This document shows positions 5,910-12,901 of a stretch of DNA of 16,998 nt, in pieces. Position 1 is the first letter of the stretch, and every line of letters begins with the position of its first letter. The notes below the pieces were generated by a model. It was not told the DNA's origin. It searched no databases and worked only from the letters and a program-made list of their open reading frames with translations. The position numbers and the translations under genes are program-made. Location of the stretch: the IMG/VR virus record IMGVR_UViG_3300020049_008481, one strand, 5' to 3'. The DNA comes from a virus (Duplodnaviria > Heunggongvirae > Uroviricota > Caudoviricetes).

Positions 5910-6632
5910 ATGACAACCCAGTTCTTTGAAGTTGGTGGATGTGTCAGGGATTCCCTCCTTGGCCTGGAATCCAACGATGTAGATTTCACCGTTGTTGGCC
6001 CTGCCAGCTTCGATGATTTCCATGCAGAACTCACAGGTATGGGATTTCAAATCTTCGAGTCCCGTCCCGAGTTCTTCACAATCAGGGCCAAGGTTCCTGA
6101 CTCGATGCCTGAACTTCGTGCCAGGACTCGGGTTGCTGACTTCGTACTGGCCCGTAGGGACGGACCTTCCTCGGACGGTAGACGGCCTGACTTCACCGTT
6201 CCAGGGAATCTGTTCGATGACCTAGACAGGCGTGACTTCACGGTCAACGCTATGGCTCGTGGACTTGACGGTGTTCTCCATGACCCCTTCAATGGGCAAG
6301 AGGACCTAGCGAACAGGACTCTACGGTTCGTTGGTGTTGCTGCTGTGAGGATCGAAGAAGATGGCTTGCGTGTCCTTCGTGGGCTGCGGTTCATGGTCAC
6401 GAAGAGCCTGACGCCCACTCCTGAGACATTTCGCGACTTGCAGTCGGTGTTTGCAGCCGAAATGCTTGGCTGTGTGTCCAAGGAGCGTAGACGTGAGGAA
6501 CTGAACAAGATGTTGGCGTTCGATACGATGACATCTTTCGAGCTTCTTGCGAGCCTGCCCACTATCACTGTCGAGGCTATCCTTGCAGGTGGGCTTCGAC
6601 TCAAGGCTACGATGGAAGAAGGTTCGTTCTAA
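5910..6632 (+). CDS. cca: tRNA nucleotidyltransferase (class II, CCA-adding/poly(A) polymerase family), compact with no HD domain
   Basis: VGGCVRDSLLG..DVDF, DLDRRDFTVNAMA, DPFNGQEDL, EDGLRVLRGLRF, SKER..EEL. Confidence 0.92.
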   Translation: MTTQFFEVGGCVRDSLLGLESNDVDFTVVGPASFDDFHAELTGMGFQIFESRPEFFTIRAKVPDSMPELRARTRVADFVLARRDGPSSDGRRPDFTVPGNLFDDLDRRDFTVNAMARGLDGVLHDPFNGQEDLANRTLRFVGVAAVRIEEDGLRVLRGLRFMVTKSLTPTPETFRDLQSVFAAEMLGCVSKERRREELNKMLAFDTMTSFELLASLPTITVEAILAGGLRLKATMEEGSF

Positions 6633-7003
6633 TGAGTCAAGCTGGTTACAAGTCTTGTGGGGGATGCGGTCGAATGTTCAAGATCGCATCCCCCATCGAG
6701 ATGACAGTTCTCGCCTCCCATGAATGTGAATGGGATGATGAGAAGTTCAACGAATACGAGAAGCTGCTGACAGAAATGCCTGGGACGCCCCTCACATTCC
6801 TCCAGTTCAAGCAAGCCATAGCTTCCAGGCCACGACCTGACGGTCAGCGTGAAGGTCAATGGGTGATGAACTCGCTATGTGATGTTCGTCCAGACCTTTA
6901 CAGGAGGGTCACTGGTGCTGTCATTGACCCGTTCCATGTGGATCACAAACTGTGGCAGTTCTGGGCGTGGCTCGAAAGTCATTGGGAGGAAGGATGTTCC
7001 TGA
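6632..7003 (+). CDS. Hypothetical protein, 123 aa, with an N-terminal CxxC...HxC
   Basis: TAATG coupling and a coherent ORF. Confidence 0.8.
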   Translation: MSQAGYKSCGGCGRMFKIASPIEMTVLASHECEWDDEKFNEYEKLLTEMPGTPLTFLQFKQAIASRPRPDGQREGQWVMNSLCDVRPDLYRRVTGAVIDPFHVDHKLWQFWAWLESHWEEGCS

Positions 7004-7158
7004 AACACACGCAAAGCGACATCGGTACATCTGACACTTGGCAACGTCAATGGAAGTTCTGGCGCATCCAGGTAAAGATAGTTGTCTATCGGCATCGGCA
7101 TTCCGGTAGTTCAGATCGCTGGGTATTTCAGCCCCATTTCATCTACGACCGAAAGTAA
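6994..7158 (+). CDS. Hypothetical protein, 54 aa
   Basis: GGAGGAAGG before the ATG at 6994. Confidence 0.6.
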   Translation: MFLKHTQSDIGTSDTWQRQWKFWRIQVKIVVYRHRHSGSSDRWVFQPHFIYDRK

Positions 7159-7165
7159 CTGAAAC

Positions 7166-7291
7166 CTGAAACCTAACCGTTTCTACGGGAAATGCACAAC
7201 CTGCCATAACCCAGTTCCTGCCAACAAAGGCTTCATCAAAGTCTTAGGCGGTAGGTTCCTGGTCCTATGTTCCAAATGTAAAGGGGAATAA
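7166..7291 (+). CDS. Small CxxC...CxxC Zn-finger protein, 41 aa, apparent CTG start
   Basis: (L)KPNRFYGKCTTCHNPVPANKGFIKVLGGRFLVLCSKCKGE*. The stop directly abuts the next ATG, and there is no in-frame ATG/GTG/TTG upstream of the first CxxC. Confidence 0.6.
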   Translation: MKPNRFYGKCTTCHNPVPANKGFIKVLGGRFLVLCSKCKGE

Positions 7292-7525
7292 ATGTACCTT
7301 CGTGACCGTTACTGGATCAGCATAAACCGATCCAAGCTCATCCTGAGCTACCACAAGCTGGACGGTGTTCGGCTGCTGTGGATAGGGCCACTGTTCCTGT
7401 CCATCCAGTCGAAGAAGTCCACTGTCCAAGGAGTCAACAAGCTTCTTCTCTCCGTGGCGTTGCTCAGTTTCTGCTACCTCATGTGGCAGATTGTCCGTAT
7501 CCCGTTCCTTTACCCAACCAACTAA
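7292..7525 (+). CDS. Hypothetical membrane protein, 77 aa
   Basis: AAGGGG RBS and a hydrophobic C-terminal segment. Confidence 0.65.
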   Translation: MYLRDRYWISINRSKLILSYHKLDGVRLLWIGPLFLSIQSKKSTVQGVNKLLLSVALLSFCYLMWQIVRIPFLYPTN

Positions 7526-7538
7526 GAAAGGCAACAAC

Positions 7539-7805
7539 ATGACCTATAGGATGCAAACCTACAAGGCCCGTCAGGATCAGAACAAGATCATGATGGACAA
7601 TCTGGTTCCAGAAACCCGGCTGTTCGGTGTGATGCGTTCTGTTCCGATCAAGTTGCGCCGTGGGCGTTACGTGCTGGAGCAGTTGCTGGTGCGTGCACCG
7701 TCCGCTGCTGAGGCTGGACGCATCGCTGACGAGCACATCATCGACCTCAAGTTGGAGTATTGGGGCGAGAAGCATGGTCTTGACGTGACGACGTACCCGG
7801 CATGA
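7539..7805 (+). CDS. Hypothetical protein, 88 aa
   Basis: AGAAAGG RBS identical to the leader of the 5910 gene, plus codon bias. Confidence 0.85.
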   Translation: MTYRMQTYKARQDQNKIMMDNLVPETRLFGVMRSVPIKLRRGRYVLEQLLVRAPSAAEAGRIADEHIIDLKLEYWGEKHGLDVTTYPA

Positions 7806-7886
7806 GCGGCAGGTATGAGACAGTTGGGAGCCATTCAGCCGACTGGCTGGAAGGCTGCGTCAGTCAAGTGACTAAGGGAGAGTAGT

Positions 7887-8033
7887 ATGCAACAGTTTCT
7901 TGTAGTTCTGGAATGCCCAGAGGATCGTGACGTGGCAGACATTGACGATGCCTGCCGTCAAGCGAACGAGTTTCTAGCAGGTCCGAGAGGCGCATTTCGG
8001 GTTCGTCCAGTTTCTGAGATAATCGCAGCTTGA
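7887..8033 (+). CDS. Hypothetical protein, 48 aa
   Basis: AAGGGAG RBS and a TTGA overlap with the next ORF. Confidence 0.7.
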   Translation: MQQFLVVLECPEDRDVADIDDACRQANEFLAGPRGAFRVRPVSEIIAA

Positions 8034-8191
8034 CAGCTAACACTTGTACCTGTAAATGTGGCGGCGACCTGTTCAAGATCGGGACTAAGCAATACCTACA
8101 TCTTGGCTCTAGACAAGAAAAATGTCATCCTTATCATGTGAACAGTGGTAAGGCAACGCCAAAGGTCATAGAGAATCGCAGAAGGAGGTAA
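8030..8191 (+). CDS. Small Cys/His-rich basic protein, 53 aa (TTG start)
   Basis: CTCKCGG...H...CHPYH; it fills the gap and overlaps the previous stop. Confidence 0.6.
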   Translation: MTANTCTCKCGGDLFKIGTKQYLHLGSRQEKCHPYHVNSGKATPKVIENRRRR

Positions 8192-8194
8192 GAA

Positions 8195-8390
8195 ATGCGA
8201 GAATTCCTTTGAAGGGTTCTTTATCGTATTTGGCCTAATAGCCTTTATAGTACTCTTATCGTTCGGGCTAGCTTGGATGCTTCCTGAAACAACCAGTCGT
8301 TATACTGACAACTGTATTGTCATCCATCATAAAGACTGGTTCTCAGCACAGAATGATAGTCCTGTCAAATACTGTGAGGTAGAAGAATGA
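8195..8390 (+). CDS. Small membrane protein requiring a +1 frameshift at CTT-TGA (8207-8212), or a pseudogene/sequence error
   Basis: AGGAGG RBS followed by ATG CGA GAA TTC CTT TGA. The +1 frame continues for about 60 codons with a TM helix and ends in an ATGA overlap with 8387. Confidence 0.6.
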
Positions 8391-8857
8391 GTAACCCAAA
8401 CTTTCCCAATGCCCTACTCAAGCATGAGCTAGCCCCTGGTCTAAGGATCAAGGTAATCAACGAACCATCTCAGTACAGTCACAAGCGCCATGAGTTTGAG
8501 GCAGTTGTGGTTGGCCCAGAGTGGATTACCTCGGGTGGAACTACATGGTACGGGGTTGCTGGATATAACCCTGACAAGCAGTTCCTAATCATGTTCACTA
8601 TTCCAGGTTTCTGTGCCAGACTTGGCAAGCCTGGCACAGTGCTTGATGCACTCCACTTCACTGATTTTGGGGCAGCCCCTTACAAGGGAGATGAGAGAGA
8701 ATGGTGGAATCCCTCTAACCACATCGAGAGTGTCCCAGCAACACGTGCCGACGCCATGAAGGAACTAGCTAAGAACCTGACTCCGGTTGTTGCTGATCCT
8801 GCTTGGCTCGTAGAACCATTTTCATGTGAGTGTTTCCAACCAGAAGTGTGCCCATAA
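8387..8857 (+). CDS. Hypothetical protein, 156 aa
   Basis: Long ORF, GAGG RBS, ATGA overlap. Confidence 0.85.
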   Translation: MSNPNFPNALLKHELAPGLRIKVINEPSQYSHKRHEFEAVVVGPEWITSGGTTWYGVAGYNPDKQFLIMFTIPGFCARLGKPGTVLDALHFTDFGAAPYKGDEREWWNPSNHIESVPATRADAMKELAKNLTPVVADPAWLVEPFSCECFQPEVCP

Positions 8858-8973
8858 GCCAAAACGGCGGCTTCGGAACTATGTTCACGCCATAGTTAGT
8901 CGCAGACAGAAGTGACATCATAGTCTAAACAAATCGTTTAGGCTAAACCAAACAAACAGGAGAAACAAGCAAC

Positions 8974-9315
8974 ATGCCTACTGCAACTGGTATTGAAGTC
9001 ATCGCCATCAACGGAGTTGACTATGTTCGTGCCGACTCTATCCCCACGGTTGTCCCACCCGATTCGTCCATTCGCATCGTTGTGCTACAGCGTGGATGGG
9101 TTGCTGTTGGTTACTACACCGAGGACGGGGATCGAGTTCTGCTCGATAACGCATCAGTAATCCGCCGATGGGGCACTACGAAGGGGCTTGGTGAACTGGT
9201 CAACGGTCCAACCAGCAGGACCATACTGGAACCCGCTGGCCATATTGAAGCACCCAGTCTTGGGGTTGTATTGACGATTTCTGTTGATGACTCCAAGTGG
9301 ATTGGTCATCTGTGA
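8974..9315 (+). CDS. DUF6948-like phage protein, 113 aa
   Basis: AGGAG RBS. The pattern IVV..RGWV.VG......V.L.NA..IRRWG...GLGEL..GP resembles the DUF6948-type family, which I recall occurring next to Gly/Tyr-rich repeat genes (not verified by search). Confidence 0.65.
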   Translation: MPTATGIEVIAINGVDYVRADSIPTVVPPDSSIRIVVLQRGWVAVGYYTEDGDRVLLDNASVIRRWGTTKGLGELVNGPTSRTILEPAGHIEAPSLGVVLTISVDDSKWIGHL

Positions 9316-9593
9316 TCGGCCTGATAGGGTCGTTGGGAGAAGATGCCCAAGTTCTAATCGGCTACGGCAACGGCAACGGCAACGGCTACGGCTACGGCGA
9401 CGGCTACGGCTACGGCGACGGCAACGGCTACGGCTACGGCGACGGCAACGGCAACGGCAACGGCTACGGCGACGGCGACGGCGACGGCAACGGCAACGGC
9501 AACGGCTACGGCTACGGCAACGGCAACGGCGACGGCGACGGCGACGGCTACGGCAACGGCTACGGCGACGGCAACGGCAACGGCAACGGCTAG
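9312..9593 (+). CDS. Glycine-rich (G-Y/N/D)38 repeat protein, ~93 aa
   Basis: GTGA overlap with the upstream stop and 38 consecutive GGC-NAC hexamers. Confidence 0.75.
   Translation: MIGLIGSLGEDAQVLIGYGNGNGNGYGYGDGYGYGDGNGYGYGDGNGNGNGYGDGDGDGNGNGNGYGYGNGNGDGDGDGYGNGYGDGNGNGNG
9360..9590 (+). repeat. Hexamer tandem repeat GGC(T/A/G)AC x38
   Basis: Read directly from the sequence; only one position per unit varies. Confidence 0.97.
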
Positions 9594-9759
9594 GATGCCT
9601 CTCCTACAAGCGACGACTCCACCTAATACCCCAACATCTACTCTAACCTCGCCCGATGTAGATGAAATCCACATCGTCTTTACCTCCACCTTTCTACAGA
9701 AACGGTGCTGGAGTTCGTGCCATCCGTCTAGAAGAAGATGAGGAAATAGATATCATCTA

Positions 9760-9845
9760 GGGGCGATATTCAAGTCTGGTTCGAAGAAGCATGTCTTATA
9801 AACATGTGGCAATGCCCATCGTGAGTTCAAATCTCACTCGCCCTA
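9760..9845 (+). tRNA. tRNA with anticodon TAT (nominally Ile) and a class II-type long variable arm; no encoded CCA
   Basis: Acceptor GGGGCGA/TCGCCCT plus A73. 3-bp D-stem TTC/GAA. Anticodon arm CATGT-CTTATAA-ACATG. 14-nt variable region containing GGC-AAT-GCC. T-arm GTGAG-TTCAAAT-CTCAC. Confidence 0.85.
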
Positions 9846-9902
9846 CAAAAGCGTAGTCGGCGGAGGCCGATCCTCCCCGGCCCCACTAGACAAGGAGAAA
9901 AC

Positions 9903-10391
9903 ATGATAGGATACACCATCCTCCCAAACGCACAAGCCTACCCAAATGCACTACCCAGCCTGCACAAGTCCCTGAAAGAAGGAATCTCTCACGCAGCTTG
10001 GAAGGGGACCACCAGGACTGCTTTCGATCTTGGTGAAGCTGTTATCAAAATGGCTCACAGCGATGTTAGCGAATCATCTTGGGATGTACCTAGGTTTTAT
10101 GATCGTCTACCAAAGATGCGTTCAGGTGGTGTGTATGACGTTTCATGTCGGGCACAGAACGAGCAGGAGTTAGAAACCTGGCTTCAGCATCCTGACCGAA
10201 CAATCTTCGCTGAAGTTATTGGGTTCTCCCATGATTTCAAATGGCTCATAATGGAGAAATGTGCCCCCGCTGATGATAGCGCATGGGGTAAGGTGGATAA
10301 GTTCGCAAAGTTCAATTTCTCAGACCTGAATACACCGAACATGGGTATCAACAGAGATGGCGACACTGTAATGATCGACTACGCCCGATAG
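9903..10391 (+). CDS. Minimal protein-kinase-like (PKL) fold protein, 162 aa
   Basis: GTTRTAF (Gly-loop-like), VIK (beta3 Lys), QNEQE (alphaC Glu), LIME hinge, DLNTPN catalytic loop, IDYA (DFG equivalent). Confidence 0.7.
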   Translation: MIGYTILPNAQAYPNALPSLHKSLKEGISHAAWKGTTRTAFDLGEAVIKMAHSDVSESSWDVPRFYDRLPKMRSGGVYDVSCRAQNEQELETWLQHPDRTIFAEVIGFSHDFKWLIMEKCAPADDSAWGKVDKFAKFNFSDLNTPNMGINRDGDTVMIDYAR

Positions 10392-10401
10392 GAGAAAATG
10401 A

Positions 10402-10857
10402 ATGACTGTTGTAACTGTTGGGATTGGAATCCCCGGAAGTGGTAAGACCACGTTCCTCGGTAAAGATCTGAATGAAAGTTTCTACATTTGTGCGGACGAT
10501 ATCCGTAAGGAACTTACAGGCAATGCCAGTGACCAGGGTCGTAATAATGAAGTTTGGGAGCTTCTTTATGAGCGGGTTCACGACATCCTGATGGGTGAAG
10601 ATAGCCTCGTCATTGACGTAACAAATACACGACGTAGTGACCGACGTAAAATGATAGAGTTCTGTCACGAACATGGTGCAGAAGTTCACGGCATCTGGTT
10701 TGACACCCCACTCGATGTTTGCAAGGAACGGAATGCCCTGCGTGAACGGGTTGTTCCAGAACATGTACTAGACCGTATGCACAGGCAGTTGGTTGAGTGG
10801 CCGCCTTCGCTTGAGGATGGGTTCGATCGACTGCACAAGATCACGGAGATTACATAG
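10402..10857 (+). CDS. P-loop kinase, AAA_33 / polynucleotide-kinase-like
   Basis: Walker A GIPGSGKTT, DDIR, D.TN....R, and C..RN..R.R.VP. Confidence 0.9.
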   Translation: MTVVTVGIGIPGSGKTTFLGKDLNESFYICADDIRKELTGNASDQGRNNEVWELLYERVHDILMGEDSLVIDVTNTRRSDRRKMIEFCHEHGAEVHGIWFDTPLDVCKERNALRERVVPEHVLDRMHRQLVEWPPSLEDGFDRLHKITEIT

Positions 10858-10864
10858 CTGACAT

Positions 10865-10938
10865 GCCCCTATAGTCCAATTGGCAGAGACAGGAGACTTA
10901 AAATCTCTACAGTGTGGATTCGAGTTCCACTAGGGGTA
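10865..10938 (+). tRNA. trnL: tRNA-Leu(TAA), short variable loop, no encoded CCA
   Basis: Acceptor GCCCCTA/TAGGGGT plus A. Anticodon arm GGAGA-CTTAAAA-TCTCT. T-arm GTGGA-TTCGAGT-TCCAC. Confidence 0.9.
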
Positions 10939-10970
10939 CGAAGAATGGGGTTCAGTTGAGCAATCAGCAT

Positions 10971-11126
10971 ATGTTAGGGAAATGTGGTAAACCTTTCTGT
11001 GGCGACTGCTGTTCAGCCTACCCACAAGGCTCCGGTCGCAGAAACAAGCGCATACCTAAAAAGATATTCAAACAACGTGAGAAGCGTTGGTGGCAGAAAG
11101 AAGAACGTGATGAAGCGAATTCGTAA
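10971..11126 (+). CDS. Small basic Cys-rich protein, 51 aa
   Basis: CGKPFCGDCC...; Lys/Arg-rich. Confidence 0.6.
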   Translation: MLGKCGKPFCGDCCSAYPQGSGRRNKRIPKKIFKQREKRWWQKEERDEANS

Positions 11127-11256
11127 GGTTCTGGAATTCCCTGTAACAATGGCAGAGCGAACCGTCCTGGTTCCCGAGCCAGAGCAGCCAGAACATATCT
11201 ACTTCAATATTCCGGTAGATGGTTCTTTGGCTGCAACATACCGACCGATCTACTAA
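11110..11256 (+). CDS. Hypothetical protein, 48 aa
   Basis: ATG at 11110 overlaps the previous ORF's end and fills the gap. Confidence 0.6.
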   Translation: MKRIRKVLEFPVTMAERTVLVPEPEQPEHIYFNIPVDGSLAATYRPIY

Positions 11257-11267
11257 GGAGAAACACA

Positions 11268-11486
11268 ATGCCTGTATTCAAGGTGACAAAGGAAGTCGAA
11301 GTAACAGTTACGTTTCCGAATGATGGGAACGTGGAAGATGCACTAACGGCGGTTGCTGAATGGCAACAGTCAGGCCAGACTAGTGGGCAAGTCAATCCTC
11401 GATTTGTTGGAAGAAACCAAGTAGAGGGTGGGGATCGTTATTTGGTAGAAGTGCTAAATAGCAATACCAGCGTGAACGTACTCTAG
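11268..11486 (+). CDS. Hypothetical protein, 72 aa
   Basis: AAGGAG RBS. Confidence 0.8.
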   Translation: MPVFKVTKEVEVTVTFPNDGNVEDALTAVAEWQQSGQTSGQVNPRFVGRNQVEGGDRYLVEVLNSNTSVNVL

Positions 11487-11500
11487 GTGCGTCTTCTCTG

Positions 11501-11797
11501 ATGCGCTGCCCGGTAGCTGGCTGTGGTGAACCTTGGAGCACCAATGACCTGAACGAATGGTCACTGAAAAATCTCCATTCACACCCTGAATCTGCGGAAG
11601 CACAGTTTGTCGCACATACAGCGTTCAGGCTGAACGGATGTTTGTTGTTCAACAAGCCTCATATGATGGGGTTGGAAATAGTGTCCAAGGGTGACTATCC
11701 AGGGATTCCAGCGAGCATGGCTTATAATGCTCTTATAGAGATGAAAGGCAATGACTTCGATGGAATCGAAATGTTTCTGAAAGAATTGGGGCTATAA
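11501..11797 (+). CDS. Hypothetical protein, 98 aa, with an N-terminal CPxxxC
   Basis: The stop directly abuts the ligase start. Confidence 0.7.
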   Translation: MRCPVAGCGEPWSTNDLNEWSLKNLHSHPESAEAQFVAHTAFRLNGCLLFNKPHMMGLEIVSKGDYPGIPASMAYNALIEMKGNDFDGIEMFLKELGL

Positions 11798-12901
11798 GTG
11801 AAAATCTATGACCTGCTAGACGTAGAGCTTTTAGGGTCACACGTAGAAGCACGGCTCGTCAGCGAGACTGCCCACCCAACTGAGCCACTAGTCATCTACA
11901 ACTACACTCAAACCTGTCAATACACTGGTAGATGGGATGATGTGACCAAGCGATGCCGTGGGCTGATCGTCAACAGCGAAACCCAAGAGGTTGTGGCTAG
12001 ACCATTTTCAAAGTTTTTCAACCTCGGTGAACATCACGGTGGCACCCCAGCAGCAGGACCACTCAACTTACAGCCACCGCTCAGAGTCTATGACAAGATG
12101 GATGGTTCCCTAGGAATTGCGTATAGGCTGCCATCAACGGGGGCGTTAGCGTGGGCCACACGTGGATCATTCTTTTCAGAGCAGGCTGCATGGGCCACTG
12201 AATACTGGAACGAACGCTACGACATGTGCGAATTGGATGAGAATTTCACTTGGTTAGCTGAAATCATCTATCCCCAAAATCGTATCGTCGTAGACTACGG
12301 TAACTATGCCAGCCTGGTATTGTTGTCAATCATTGACACCGAAACAGGCTTGCATCATGAAACCCTAGAGTTGAAGGCACAATGGCCTGTTGACCATGTG
12401 GATTTCTTCGGTGAAGCCACCGATCCTGAGACTGTCGATCCTAACGATCGTACCGGCGCTGAGGGTTACGTTATCCTTTCAGGTGACGGGGTTACCAGAG
12501 TCAAGGTTAAGGCTGATGAATATGTCAGGCTGCACAGGCTGGTGACTGGTGTTTCTTCCCGTACAATCTGGGAGATGCTTTCCAGTGGCGCACCGTTGGA
12601 GGAACTGTATGAGAAAGTGCCTGATGAGTTCTCTGATTGGGTTAACCAAACAGTAGACTCGCTTAACAATCAGTTTCGTGAGATTGTTGAAACAGTTACG
12701 TATGATTTCATCGAAGTTCTTCACCGCACCGATCATCTTACAAGAGAGCAAGAGGTTGACCGTAGGCAATTCGCTGAGGTAGCCAAAGAGACGCAGTATC
12801 CTGGCCTGTTGTTTGCTCTACTTGACAACAAGGATATTTCTGCTAGAATCTGGAAGATGGTAAAACCTGAGTGGACTTTACCATTTAGGAAGGATGAGTA
12901 A
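11798..12901 (+). CDS. RNA ligase, T4 Rnl1-like
   Basis: KFFN, motif I KMDGSLG, ATRGSF, AEII.PQNRIVVDY, EGYV, VKVK...Y. Confidence 0.93.
   Translation: MKIYDLLDVELLGSHVEARLVSETAHPTEPLVIYNYTQTCQYTGRWDDVTKRCRGLIVNSETQEVVARPFSKFFNLGEHHGGTPAAGPLNLQPPLRVYDKMDGSLGIAYRLPSTGALAWATRGSFFSEQAAWATEYWNERYDMCELDENFTWLAEIIYPQNRIVVDYGNYASLVLLSIIDTETGLHHETLELKAQWPVDHVDFFGEATDPETVDPNDRTGAEGYVILSGDGVTRVKVKADEYVRLHRLVTGVSSRTIWEMLSSGAPLEELYEKVPDEFSDWVNQTVDSLNNQFREIVETVTYDFIEVLHRTDHLTREQEVDRRQFAEVAKETQYPGLLFALLDNKDISARIWKMVKPEWTLPFRKDE

Noticed and set aside
9360-9590. Diversity-generating retroelement variable repeat
   Set aside because: Variation is at only one position while the adjacent A is invariant, and no template repeat or reverse transcriptase is seen.
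9354-9689. Minus-strand poly(Val-Ala) ORF and + strand poly(Arg-Gln/Leu) ORF 9284..9646
   Set aside because: They are alternative frames of the hexamer repeat. The Gly-rich frame is coupled to the upstream gene and uses a uniform GGC codon.
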